A stretch of 57,764 nt of DNA, filler included, from Sphacelaria rigidula (lineage: Eukaryota): the NCBI GenBank assembly GCA_964200075.2. It is 7 parts of 7 records of this genome, joined end to end, with 100 filler letters (N's around TTAATTAATTAA, not from the genome) between each part and the next. Parts side by side here need not be neighbours in the genome. Positions count along the whole stretch, not along the records: positions 8,268 to 16,434 come from CAXNAA020012059.1; positions 16,535 to 24,701 come from CAXNAA020012060.1; 5 more parts are not named here. The stretch is one strand, 5' to 3'. The translations under genes were made by a program, and so were the position numbers. The notes under the pieces are model-generated. The model was not told the origin of the DNA. It worked only from the letters and a program-made list of their open reading frames with translations, and made no database searches. This document shows, piece by piece, positions 11,650 to 24,670 of this stretch; position 1 is the stretch's first letter, and every line of letters starts with the position of its first letter.

Positions 11650-13500
11650 ATGAAGGTTATTCGAAGAAGTGGGTTGAATAAGTTTTCACGTTCCAGTCAC
11701 AACAGTCATATTCCACAGTGTCGACTGCACTGGGCTCAGAGCACAAGTCATTGTGGTAAGAGGGGTGATCACAATCAGCGCGAACAGCTGGGTCAACAGG
11801 CGTGTGCCAGTAAGGTGGAAAAAGCAGTACCATACACGAGGAACGCCACTGCGCATATCCCAGGCGGTTGCCAGTGAAACCGTGGCTGTGATGTTGAGTA
11901 CAACACGAAGTTGGTACCGTGTTCTTGTACATGCAACGTCCGCTCTGTCCGTGCGCACTGTCATAATGAAGTACTGTTCGCTGATTGTGAGTTAAGACTG
12001 CGCACCACCCCGAGTACTGACGCCTTGGGCAAGGGCTGTGTCGGGTCATTTGTCACACTACTCCTTTTGGCGTCACCACTCCCCCGTGAATCGTCCGCAC
12101 ATGAGCGTGGAACCCCCCCTCAACTGTGCGTTCGGCCAAGTGTGCGTTTTCTCGAGGTGGCGCATCCAGAGCTGCAAGTCCGCCTCCTTCGTTTGAAAAG
12201 CTGTCTATACCTTCGGCGAAGCTAGACGACTAAATGACAGCACACGGAAAGCAACGGACCCTTTGGCATACACGCAGAGTTCTACTTTTGTACATATAAT
12301 GCAACGTGCTCACGTCGTTTGATATTCGGCAAGACCTCGGCGAAGTGGTGGTGCGGCAATCACCGCAATACGAACGTACAGACCCTCCACGGCCGTAGTC
12401 TAAGTTGTTATCTGGAGACGAATACCAGACCACCCACCCCCGGGGCTGCCAGACTATAATCTCTACTTGCGCGGAAATTGTAATACTGTCAGCAGGGGGA
12501 CGTTACGCCCTTGCCAGGTACGCCGGCAAGAGTTTTGCCAAATCGCATTGTGCGTGTGATAGGAGCTCAACCTACACCTGTCAAGCAAGTTGGAGCAGTA
12601 ATGTCCACCCCCAAACGTTCAGATATATAATGGAGCCTAAACGATGCTTCTCAGCTGTGTTTCTCTGAGGGTTCATCCAAAACCGGGCGAAAATTCATAA
12701 TAAAGCTGCCAGAATCCGGTGCTGACTGTGTGCCCGACTGATACCGTGCCCGCTGCAATTGTCATCAGAGGGCAAGCGTTGAATGAAAAAATATAAACGC
12801 CACGGCGGTATCCATCGTTTCAATGCACGCCGCGCCCCCAGCCGCTTGTGCTACTAAACCTGTGACTGTGCCACGTTGCTGTGGTACCAGCCAACATATT
12901 GTCCGAGTTTCGGCATCATTACACACGGGGCGCACCTTGTCTCGGCTTCCAACCTTCCAAACGCTCCCATGTCATCGAAAATGAGTGAGACTATGTGATG
13001 TGTGCCACAGCACTTCATCAATGTACCGTCTGCTGTGTACGTACTGTCTGTACAGCTTGGAAGGCGTTTCTGATCAACCCATTTTCCAACGAGCTTTGAT
13101 CTCTCCGAATATCTACTTTTCTCGATAAGATGAGCGGGCAAAGCATCTCTCTGCGAACTCCTGATCTTGGAGAACCTTTCTCCCCCAAAAGGACTTCGTA
13201 ACGCTGCCCATATCTCGAGCTGTCGGAGCAGCCGTGAGAGATCATCAATCACATTATATGTGCGTAACATCGCCTCGAAGGCATTGCTGCTACAACAAAC
13301 GGTAAAGTTCAGAGATCGCGGTGCATTCAGAATATGAAAGCTTGCTTCGATCATGTAAGAAAATGCCAAAGTGATTCAGTGCCCGAGCGTCATGGTAGGG
13401 TCTGCCTTGTCTACATCCTGATGTGCGAGCAGTACAGTCCTGTCTGCAATGCACGTTGTTTACATCCTGTTTACATCCTTCCCTATGGAGACAGAACAAA
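11650..13500 (-). pseudogene. Highly degenerate coding relic, possibly a Mutator-like transposase with SWIM-like finger and Ulp1-like protease
   Basis: Minus-strand order is TADGTLMK...IVSLIFDDMG (~13030), CIICTKVELCVY (~12290), WCAVLTHNQRTVLHYDS (~11980), then a frameshifted GN/AWD/CAVAFL (~11860). Many stops. Confidence 0.35.
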
Positions 13501-13510
13501 CAGTTCTGTA

Positions 13511-15455
13511 CTGTTATGGGTAGGAATGGGGACCCTAACGACCAAAAATCGGCACAAGGTTCAAGATGAGAAATAACGCGTAGAAATAATGAACACGTCA
13601 GCAGGTGGTCGGACCTGTGCCGAGGTCTTCACGAACTGAACACGCACTACATCACTTCATAAGCTGGTGTAGCACGGGAAAGCTGTAGCACTGGAGATCG
13701 CGCGGTTCTCGACACAGGAAGCAAGCCGGTCCACGGCACTTGACAGCCCCCCGCATACACACGAGATCTAGGGGACCTAGTTTGATATTGTGCTGCGTCG
13801 CGTCAGCGGCACGAAAATCCCCTCGCAGAGCGAAAAACACCTTATTTTAGTATAATTAGGTCATTTGCGAGTCAGCATCACACGCAAACGCAAAACCCAA
13901 ACTGGGCGACACAGCTTGGGTGTGTGAGAAGCGCACGCGAGAAATCGCAGTCCAACTTCACGGATCGTTGCCGAGTTGTAAGCGTTGCGCGATCGGCACT
14001 TTTGGGTTGAGGATCAGTAGCGTCTTTCGAGGTCGAAGATGGCAAATTAAAACACATCGGTGCGCATACTACTTTTCCTGCCGCAGGCAAGTTGTGACAA
14101 CATGCACTTGGGTTGCGTGCCCCCAAGCGCTGCTTTGTTCCGAGCGGCTGTGCATGAAGGGCAAATTACCTTTCAACGGCGAGTATCCTTCGAAGTGTCG
14201 AATTACAGAGGGAGAGTTGACAGAAGAAGGACAAAGCTGGCGGCTACTTCATGTCAGGGCTCCGGTGCAGAAGCCAAGGCGTCGAGAGCGATTTTAGTAC
14301 GAGTATGTGCGTTACATCTGCTGGTGACCGCGGTCGTGTATTTAGTAACTGTCTGTATATACTATTAACAGTATCAGAATGAGATGCAAACTATGCAATG
14401 CTTGACAAGCTTCGTTTTGGGCTGCGTGCTTTTTTCTTGCGGCGAGCAGTGAGTGTGGGCTTTTTTCTTGACTTTGTGGCATGCCACCAGGTGCTGCTGC
14501 TTTGTTCTGTACGGCTGTGCACGAAGGGCAAATTCGCCTTCCAAGAGCGAGTACCCTTCATGTATTGAGTTGCAGAGAGCGAGGTCACACATGAACTTCG
14601 GCTGTTGTGTCTGAGGGTTCCAGCGAAGAAGCCAAGGCGCGAAGAGTGAATTTTCAGACTGCGCACCATGTATGCCTAGGTCGGCAGAGGCACGATGTTT
14701 CAAGTGAGTGCCAGCACATACTGAAAATGGGGAAAAAATGACGTTCAAGATGTCGATCTGGACAGAGAGAACCAAACCGTGCCCAAGCGACGGACAACAT
14801 GGGATTCCTTCCACCCATGCCATGACCCTGACGCCATGGGGCCCATGAGAAATTCACTCTGCAATCCCGCAGTCATAGCTGTGTGTAGGACATGCAGAGC
14901 GTAGCCAATCCGCACAGCATGAACCTCTTGATTGTCAACATCATCAGCATCGTTCTCAGTAGTTTTCGGATGCGCGACACTGCTGCTCATCATCTCCAAG
15001 TTTCCGTACTTTCTCGTTCTAGCACCATGTCAGGCACGCGTTTCACTGCAGTCATGGTGTGTAGCGGCCACAACAGGTGCTGCTCGTGCTCTTTTTGGTT
15101 ATCTTCGCAATGACGGTAAACGTGGGGTGGCAGCTCGCGGGCGTGTGCTTCCCGACTGGTACAGACAGAAGCAGGACACTATTAGCTAGTCCAACAAGAT
15201 TGTCCATCTACTGATGTGGAGCGAGCTTTCCGGAGGAACAAAATCACCTCAATACCGACCACTCCCAGGCTTGAATAAATGTACTAGAAATATAGCTCAT
15301 TTCTTATGAGGCAAATCGTCATTTGTAGGTGACGCGTGTATTTTCCATTGATACGATTCGTTGGATTACGGACCACTTCTGACGCATGTAGCGTTCAGCT
15401 TGCACTTTCCATGAATATAGTACCCAAAATTGGCCTCCATTCCTACCCATAACTG
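13511..15455. mobile_element. ~1.9-kb TIR-bounded element
   Basis: Exact 17-bp inverted repeat: GTTATGGGTAGGAATGG (13513-13529) and CCATTCCTACCCATAAC (15437-15453), extendable with mismatches. TA precedes the left end. Confidence 0.5.
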
Positions 15456-17195
15456 TCTGTGCTGCACCTTGTTCAGAATATGTTTACTACAATGCATGAT
15501 ACGCCATTTCCTGCGGAAATGACAACCAAAAATATCGGACAGAAACGAGGCTCGTCCCTCAAGTGGTGACAGTGATGCTGTACCGTATTGAAATTGAGAT
15601 GAATGGAGTCAACAACATTGGCGGTACAGGACGCTACGAGTGATGGAACTGGAATGCACCAAGGACTTGGTATCGACCTCCACACGGTACCATGCTCATG
15701 ATTCCTAGGCACCGTCTCCTTGCTCGTGTACTTCAAGGACCCTTGCTCCCTTTTCCCTACCGATCTATGCATACGATTTTTTGTCCGCTCCTGAGACCTA
15801 CTTTTATGGCAGCGAATCTCGATTTTTTCGAGACTCCGATTTCTAAGTCGGAGGAACTCAAATTCGCAAAGTCAAAATCGGGGGGACCGTTTTATGGTAC
15901 AGACAACAGTAGCACAGACTAGTGAAACAGTTCTGTACAGTCATTTTCTGCATGAGTGTTGCGTACTCGTGCATGAAGCTGAAGGGCAGGCCGCCGGTCA
16001 ATAATCCTTCGAGTACAGTGTCGTACCGCGGTACCCTAGGGTAATACAGTGCAGGACACTCCATCGTTACAGCACAAGATAATGCATTGTGGTAGTACAT
16101 CATGGCACAGTCAATATTGCGAGAACAGTGAACAAACAGTCTGCGCGAAGAGTTCAGTAGTACAGAACCAAGATCACTCTACAATTACAGCGACAACAGA
16201 CTAGGAGAGTACAGCACCGTTCGTTATACAGGCTGGTTCACGGTGATCACCCAAAATTGTGTCATCAGCAAATACCTTCCGCAATACGCACTCAATAGTC
16301 GCATATATGGTATCATACTGACCGCAATGAAGAGAGGAAGAGAGTGACATAGCCGAATTTTTGTTCAAGGCTGCAGCGGTGGCGCTATGGATGAAGAGGT
16401 GTCTAAGCCAATCAGCGCCCTTCAAACTGTTCCGNNNNNNNNNNNNNNNNNNNNNNNNNNNNNNNNNNNNNNNNNNNNTTAATTAATTAANNNNNNNNNN
16501 NNNNNNNNNNNNNNNNNNNNNNNNNNNNNNNNNNTATGGGAGGGCGTGGGCGAGGTGTTGATGGTGAGAAGTAGGTTGACACCAGGGGCATTCCACGAAA
16601 ACCAGGAGCTCACAGGGGTGTCAGACAACCTAACTGTTCACATTGCGTTTGTATTTGAAAGCAAACGATGACAAATGGCATGAATACCTCATTGGTAACA
16701 AGCACGCCATCGAAACTTGCGTTTTCGTCAGAAATAGCTCGTCGATATTTTGCGAGGAACAGAATCCTTCATGGCAGTGTTCGAGGCCTCGCTTATTACG
16801 AAAATCGAGATTTTTTGGTGTCGTGACGCCCCTACTGATATACTCCCTATACCACCTAGGTTGGTTGGGTGGTCGGATGGTCGGATGGTTGGTTGCTTGG
16901 TTGACGGCCGTACACTAGCTGGTTCCCTAGGAATCTCGCCATGGTCACAAGTTGGGTGTCTCAAGATAAACTAAAGCAGAAACAGTCGCCATCGGTGGAG
17001 GAAGCTCGAGAAAGAGGGGAAACGAGAACATAGAAAAGACAGACTTAACTCAAAGCGAGGAACACAACAAAAAAAAGACACACTCACACAAACACACAGA
17101 AAAAGTCGCGCGCACACACACACGCATACACACGCGTACACACACGCAGGGAAAAGGTTACCGCCTTCAAATAAATGTTTCGGCCTTGTTCTCAC

Positions 17196-17237
17196 CTCTT
17201 GAGTTCCTATTCGAAGCACGGCCATGTAGTGTTGCTT
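17196..17237 (-). CDS. ArfGAP + C2 protein, short C2 exon (gene continues beyond the contig)
   Basis: tttcag|KQHYMAVLRIGTQE|gtgaga, phase 0/0. Resembles the C2 strand 'PYVVLxLGxQ'. Confidence 0.75.
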
Positions 17238-18374
17238 CTGAAATACGACCAAATCGTCGAGTATGCGAAGAGGGGGGTGCAGCGAGGGTGGGGCGGGGGA
17301 TCAGAGATGATCTCATTCACCACGAGTCTTGTCATATTCCAACTTCGTACGGTTTGTAGCCGAAAAAGGGCCTAGGCACAAGAAGACTTATAACATTGTC
17401 AACGCATAGAATATCAAGCAAAAACTCGGGTTACAAGGTGGGATACCATCGAACCACTCCCGCACTTGTTGGGGGGGGCGTCTGCAGTAGTGCAGAGCTG
17501 AAACGCGCAGTGATTACTGTATATTCTGTGAACTGTGAGATGCCGAGTCAGTACAGACAGTACTGCGTCTGTTCAAGTGTGGCATAGACACTAAGTGAGA
17601 ATGGGCGAAACAAGTGCGTTGGATCCAGCCAACCAACACATCGGAACAAGGTCACGTCACGCCAAGTCACGCTGATAATTTTTCACACCCTAGATGATGA
17701 CAATGGATCACATTGTCAAAAAAAGTACTGCTTACAGTATGGAATATATTCTCTATTGCAATAGACGCAATAGTCGATACTGTACGCAGTATACTTTAGG
17801 ACAACGGAAGCCATCGTCCAGGGTGTGTAATTTCTTGCGGGGGTCGGTTCGCTTCACTGACGTTCCGTTATGCTGTCGCCCTAACAAATTTCTCACACTG
17901 AAAATAGTGACAAATAGGCCATGCGTCTTTTCTGGGGTCATGTGTGTACTGTTGAAGCGACTTAATGATACGGTAGGTGTATCACATTCTCGTCAGGAGA
18001 TATATAGATATAATTCGATACATAGTTGATGTTCGCAGACGAAAACCCGTCCGGTTTCGACGATATAATTCACACGTCAACATCTTGCGAGGGAGAACCA
18101 TTTTCGCTTTTCGGGACATCGGCCGCCCAGTCATTTTTGTCGGCACAAAATCCGTAGCGTAGGTAGGGAACACTGTCATTGTTTCTTTGGCACCCCCTAC
18201 GTCGACAAGCATTTGTAACTTGTGAGTTACGCACGATCAACCCTGATAGAAACGCCGAAGTCGTACTCGCATGCAACACCGTACACTTGATCGCACAACA
18301 CTCACATCTGACATGTATCGCCGTCTACTTGCGATGTGTCGGTGACGGCATGTTTCGCGATTCACGGTACCGCG

Positions 18375-18585
18375 AGATCACATATCGTGACATGGCATAT
18401 CGTGACATCACATATCGTGATATCATAACATCGTGAAATCACATATCGTGATATCATAACATCGTGATATCATAGTATCGGGATATCACAATATCGTGAT
18501 ATCACAATATCGTGATGTCGTGATACCACATATCCTGACGTCATAATATCACACATCGCGGTATCGCGATACCACATATCGCAAT
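18375..18585. repeat. Palindromic ~15-bp minisatellite (ATATCGTGATATCAC-like)
   Basis: Directly visible degenerate tandem array. Confidence 0.85.
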
Positions 18586-18726
18586 ATATCGCCCCCGCTG
18601 AGAGACCATAGATACGCCACATCATGCCGACCGATACATCGTACATGTATCGTCACGATACGCAAGCCCTATCCCCCCCCCTCCCCCCTGAACTCCTCGA
18701 CAAGAAAACAAAAAGTGATTGCTCAC

Positions 18727-18951
18727 CTGTCCTACGAATCCACCAAGCGCAAGATCCTTCCCCCTGGAGAGCATGATACTCACGAACCCGATGTACTCCA
18801 TCATGCCGTGCCTAGGTGATATAATGCCGCTGGACATCACCCCCTGCGTCATGAAGTCCTCCTCCCCTCGCTCCCCTCCCACCACGGGTGGCGGTTTCAC
18901 AATCGCCTTTTTGCGCCCCCGAAATTCAAATAAACGATCCTGATACTTCGC
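18727..18951 (-). CDS. ArfGAP + C2 protein, ArfGAP end, linker and C2 start
   Basis: Translates AKYQDRLFEF...GMMEYIGFVSIMLSRGKDLALGGFVGQ, which completes the IKAKY motif. Donor CAG|gtgagc. Confidence 0.9.
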
Positions 18952-19111
18952 CTTTTGCAGAGAGGGCGAGGGTTGAGGGCCGGAGGGATGGGGGTTCGAT
19001 CACTGATATGAGATCACGAGCTGGAGTGTTGCAATCAGCTACGTAATGCGAGATAATCATCTTTTTGAGCTGTCTGTGTCTGTGTCTGTGTCTGTGTTTG
19101 TGTTTGTTGTA

Positions 19112-19146
<35 letters not shown>

Positions 19147-21469
19147 GCTGCTGTTTGTTGTTTTTGTTGTTGTCGCTGCTTCCTTTCTTATTTCCTTTCT
19201 GAGGCTGTTGCTTCTGTCTTTTTCTGTTTCTTCCCCTTCTTTCTTATCCTGTCTAATTTCTTTTGCTGCTCCTGACCAGGGGCTATATTGTTGCAATCAG
19301 CTGATGTGATATAACCGAATCACCGAGAGACCGGTCAGGGGGCTTGCTCGGGCTCAAGCGACAAGTAATCCTCCCTCTCAGAGTTGCTTACGAGAGCAAA
19401 TCTACGATAAAATAGTGTTTGCAGCGTTTGTCCAGAAGGGGTTGACTGCCGAAATGGACGGACGGACACAGGCACCCATACCACAATATAAGTTTTCACG
19501 TTCGAATCGTATGGAGACACGCACGTGCTTGGGAAAGAGGAGGGAGGGGTGGGAGGCACGATATACATCGCTCTCCCCGACTTACAGCCATAATCAGGGC
19601 GCATCTCGCTAGGGACCCAGGATCTTCCATACGGACAGAGAGCAGGCACCCGTTTGGTGTGAATCACGGTGTCTGTTGCGCATGATATCTCAGCACAGAG
19701 ACGCGTGATTGATTGATTCTTGCACGAGAATACTAGCTGATCTGCTACGAAGCCAGGCGCGCTCACAATAAGGTGGACGGAACCAAGGCGAATCGTTGGA
19801 TACGCACTAGTAGCCCAGTATCATACCTCTGAACAAAAGGCTTTAATTTTTATGAATAAATTGCTGTGATATGCTCATTGGCATTTATTGTTAACGGTGC
19901 GACTCCTTCAGAGTTTTTCAAACTTTTTCCGAACAAAAAAAACGAACGAAATTTTCCGCAAATCGACATGCTGAAGAAAAATCCACTATAGATTTTCGGA
20001 GAAATCGGATATCAGTCTTAGATGGATTTTTTGTCTGACCTGGAGAGTAAATCTGCTCCCAAAAATTTCGGAGCAGACGTTTTTTTCCCCAAAACATTTC
20101 GTGAAAATTCGGGGGGGGGGCGGGGGGGCAAGACCCTTCAATAAGAAGAAAGCTCAGGGATCGATCAAGAATGATGCATTTCTGGAGTGACCGGGGACAC
20201 CCGCAAAGTCTACGAAGTACGTGACGGACAGGAGCTAGGGCGTTCGTTCAGGGAACAGTGAAGGGAAAAGTGCCCAGATTGGTACAGGGCACACTCGTGC
20301 CGTGAAAATTATGTGCAGGGATGAAGATAAAGACACGGTTTCGGACCGCAACAGATTTGGCTTTGTTGTCGGCGAATCTTCTCTCGGCGTGCAGTATATC
20401 TTCCTGAGTCAGACCCCGGTATGGGAGAGCAAGATATTTCTACAGTCGTGAACTAGCTGCCAGTTTACCTGATCAGTTACAGTTAGCTGGTACAACTGGT
20501 TAACTGACTGGTTTTGTAACCAGTTGAACCAGCTATTTCACCCTATATATTCGTCATACTTCAAAGTGCTGTTGTACATGTGTGTCATACTCAAGCCAAT
20601 ATTTCTGAAGTATTGCCGTACTGCAATGACCGTGGGGACGCTGTTACAGAGGCAAGTACATGTCCGCACAGCGCACACACCTAGACGTAGACACGAAAAT
20701 CGCAGAAAATATATTCCAATATATAATTTTAAAAAAGAGAGGTGGGGCACGGATAGTTGTAGATCAAGCGGATCTGAAATGTGAAGAGAGGATGCATCTC
20801 GTAGCGTTTTGTGTATGCTTTGCTTTATTCTGTCGGCATTAAGCATTAAGTGTTCAGCGGTGGCTGGTCAATAGGATACCGAAGCATGAGGAAGAGTTCT
20901 AGGTTAAATTTTCCTGGCTGATGAAGTCACACTCAATGACGTTACCAAGATGCCAAACCAGTTCACAACTCTAGATATTTCTCCAAGGTCTGGTTTGTCA
21001 GGAGCCCCCTATGTCATCGAAGACACAACTGAAGAAATATATGCAAGGACACGCCACGGTTAGCAGTCCAATGGACTATAAAAGAAATATTTCGAAGGAA
21101 CGCTGAAAACGCGAATGTCCTGACCCCTACTCTCGTGTAGCTTCAAGCTTTAGAAACCCCAAAATGATGAACATATGGGCCTAGACATTTTTGCAACCTC
21201 TCCCGTGAAATGACTCTTTTGCACTATTCAACAGGCGGTTTCCGATGAACATACCGTGTACAGTTGAGTCTGTTTTTTCCTTTCTCTCTAATTATTTCCT
21301 TTTTTCTCGTTCCCCTTTTCTAACGTTTCCTTCAGCACGTCTTTTTTTCCTTTCGTTTTCGCAGGTAAGGTAGTTGTTGCAGCCACCGTTGGACGCACTC
21401 GAATCTATACCAAAAAATGAAGCAACTTGCTGTAGACTGTCATCTATATGCAACATAATCGGTACGCTT

Positions 21470-21835
21470 CGGGCCGAACAATCTTAGCAGGGCGCAGCTC
21501 ACCCTTCATGCGACTCGCCGAACACACCACGGCGCTTCGCACTCGGTGATTGAGTGCAAGCCTGGTACGGCTAAAACCCGGCGTGCTCCGTCCCGACTTT
21601 GGATGCGAGATCAATGGTCTCAATGACTATGGCATGCATGATCATGAGTACAACCCCCCGCTGAGTGCGAGCCTGGTCCGGCGAAAACCCGGCGTGCTCC
21701 GTCCCGGCTTTGTAGGGATGCGAGGTCAATGGTCTCATGACTATGGCATGCATGATCATGAGTACACCCCTCCCCCTCTACCGGTTTTGTGACAACGGCA
21801 TGCAAGATCATGAGTACATCCCGCCCGCCCTCCTA
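21470..21835 (+). mobile_element. Stack of three family-B retroelement 3' ends
   Basis: Three successive units, each ending gatcatgagtac plus a C-rich tail. The body ggccgaacaatcttagcagg...cacggcgcttcgc is shared with 42094-42330. Confidence 0.75.
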
Positions 21836-22533
21836 CCGTAGCATCACTCGTGATCAATTAGTCAAAGAATCGATCAAGTTCTACACACATCAATGGCGAC
21901 AGCCGAACCATTGGACCACGGGGGCGTGGTGACCAAAAAAGAATGGGACACATGTGTACACATATTTATATGTATACAAGCCGCACGGGACCCGGGGCTA
22001 CGCCCCGGTCCCGTCCGTCTTTTTCGAAGGTCTCGGTATTCTTGCCTTACCAAGCCCTCGTGAGAATAGATCCTTTCTCGAAATGTTCATGCCCACCGGA
22101 AACATTGCAGGACCACCGTGATCGCGCGTCCGTTCGAACGGTCGCGAACGCATGTGTACCCCCGCACAAAGTAAAGCACGAATCCGCTAATCGGGCCCCT
22201 AGCATTGGCATTGGCCCGAACAGTCATCTCCCGGGGCGGGTGCGGAGAAACTTGCACACTAAAATCAGCAGTAGATCTCGTGGACGCCTTGTTACAAAGT
22301 ATGCTTGACGCTCGTGAGTTCGAAATATTCTACATGTATACTATATCCGCTGTCGCCTGCCCCAACGAGACGGCGAACAAGAGAGGCGAAAGACAGGAGA
22401 ATCAGGCCTGGACCATATATCTGTCGGAAATATCACGAACATGCTCTCCACGTACGTACCAAACGTTGATGCCATTTTTCTTGTCCGCAGGCCATGAAAA
22501 CATTTAGAACGCAGCGAAGGCACTATAACTTGC

Positions 22534-22720
22534 CTTGATGTAAGACTCCCGGTAGTCTCTGGGCTCCAAGTGGCTTGGCTTAAGCCACTCCCCAGGGACG
22601 TGATACTCCAGAAAGGAGTTGGCGAGCTTGTTACCCATTCCCGCCATATATTCCACCTGGTCCTCCGTCCAATCGTCGAGCTGGACTGAGAGTACTTTGG
22701 ATATGTGCACCCCCAGGGCC
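22534..22720 (-). CDS. ArfGAP + C2 protein, second ArfGAP exon
   Basis: Translates ALGVHISKVLSVQLDDWTEDQVEYMAGMGNKLANSFLE...RESYIK. Acceptor cccag|, GC donor AAG|gcaagt. Confidence 0.93.
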
Positions 22721-24029
22721 CTGGGTGATGCCGGCGTGTACATACGCGTGTATTGACGCAAAGTCGTAGGGGAAAGGAAGCGGTGCTGAAGTTTTGCGTT
22801 CAATACACCCTTATAAATGCCAAATATTGAGGGGGGGAGATGTTTCGAGACGGCTTAAAAAAATGCTGCAGGTGGTTGCCGGTATTGAAAACAAAGCACG
22901 GCTAAACTCAGCGGCAAGCTAGTGTGCTTTTTCCTATGTAATTAAGTGAAGACAATTTGGGGAGGGTTTCGGTGATCGTTCTAGCCGACTGAATTGTGAC
23001 AAACAAACACAAGGATTGAGTACGGACACAAAAAGGAGTATTCAACGAATCTGAACATACATACTACTGTGACATGTGACGAAAAAACGCCGTCACGTTG
23101 AGTTGGTAGTGATGATATAGATAATGACTGAGGGCACGGAGATTCTGGAGGGTTCTGGATAATGACCGGGGACGCGGATATGGTATCTGTAGATCTAGAT
23201 GGTGCCTGGAAGGCACTCCTGAATAATGAGATGTAAAGGCTGACAACTGAAACTGAGGCCAGTAAGACTCGGGAGTCCCTCAACAGCAGTGATCCAACAG
23301 TGCTTACACTGGCTGGCGTCACAGACAGCAGATGTTGATGAGCTGTGGGAACCAACAGAAGTCAGACGGTCACTTGAAAAAAACATTTCTGACTGCTGCG
23401 AAAAGTCACGTTATTTTCGTCAGAGATATATTTAGCGTCTGTTGCGTACAGTAGCAGCGTATGGAAGGCAGCATAAACGAGCAAAAAAGCACAACACCTA
23501 GGATCGCCATGCTACGTAAACGAGTGCGGGAGAAGGCAAGGAGAAAACAGTTGTTGCAAAAAATCCGCGCTCGGTTTTGCCGCAACACAAGAAGAGTATG
23601 TGCGTTTGTTTGTCTAGCTCGTTGGTGCGCTCTTGTACTTCCGCCTTCTATCGACGGAACATGCATCGTGGCGTGTACGCTGACGCCGGTTCAGCAGACA
23701 GCATCTCACCCGCGCGTTCTCAAGTTTACTGTTATTTTCTAATCCCGTCTCGCTCTCGAGTCTGCTGCCATGTTCCGAAGCTTCAAAGCAGTACCCCCTA
23801 GGTGCCACAACGGTGCTGTGGTGCCATGGCGACATCCTAATGAGGAGGCACCGTGACACCGTGGTCTCCCCAACATAGTACCACGTTGTTTTTGACGGAT
23901 TTGTCATGGTGGCATTTCCTCCGTCAGCACCTACCCATCCTTTCTTGACAACTGGGTCTTAGCCATGGCGAGGCACCGCTTTATCGCCGATCCACAAGTG
24001 TGTGGCTGCCTGGCTGCCTGGCTGCTTAC

Positions 24030-24146
24030 CTGTGGCAACCGGAGCACTGCGTGCACAGAAACACGCCGATATTTACGCTGGCCCACGTCGGTAGCTTGGC
24101 TGTGCAGTCTGCGCACGTTTCATTTTCTGGCCGCTCTAGTAGACTC
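24030..24146 (-). CDS. ArfGAP + C2 domain protein, ArfGAP zinc-finger exon (5' part of gene not seen)
   Basis: Translates [39 protein letters not shown] (CxxC-x16-CxxC-x4-R). Donor AG|gtaagc. Confidence 0.95.
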
Positions 24147-24589
24147 CTGTCTCCGCGGGAGGGGAGGGGGGGGGAAAGAGAAAAAGAAAGGGCACAAATA
24201 ATTGAAGATTATCATTAGCTTTCAGGTAGAGGGGACATACTTTTGTCTCTACATTTTTCATTGGTTAACGTTTAAAGGGAGAAAAAAATGGTCGACTTCG
24301 GGCCATGTGTTGTACACCTAGGGGAGCTAGGAGAGAGGTCATGTCGACATCTGGCCTGAAGAAACGGGGATAACTTTGGAGCTATTGGGCTTTGTTTTCA
24401 GCGTTGCACTGCGCCCGAGGTCCGGGGCATCCCAGGGACGTGAAATAGCGCAAGATTTGCGTAAAGAAGAGACTTTTGCTGATCGGTGGTCAATCTCTCT
24501 GTTTCGAGCAATTATGCCTCGGGAATCGTACATTTGGTTTTTCGAACGAGCGATGATTAGTCCAACCAGTGGGAGATACTGTGCATCGG

Positions 24590-24670
24590 AGGGGGGGCGG
24601 GGGCGTACTCATTTGTGCTTGCCTTAGTCGTTTGACCATTGACCACGCATCCCTTTCGAGACGGAGCACG
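24590..24670 (-). mobile_element. LINE family A extreme 3' end
   Basis: gctccgtctcgaaagggatgcgtggtcaatggtcaaacgactaaggcaag...atgagtac plus C-rich tail. Matches 2710-2775 and 40975-41045. Confidence 0.75.
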
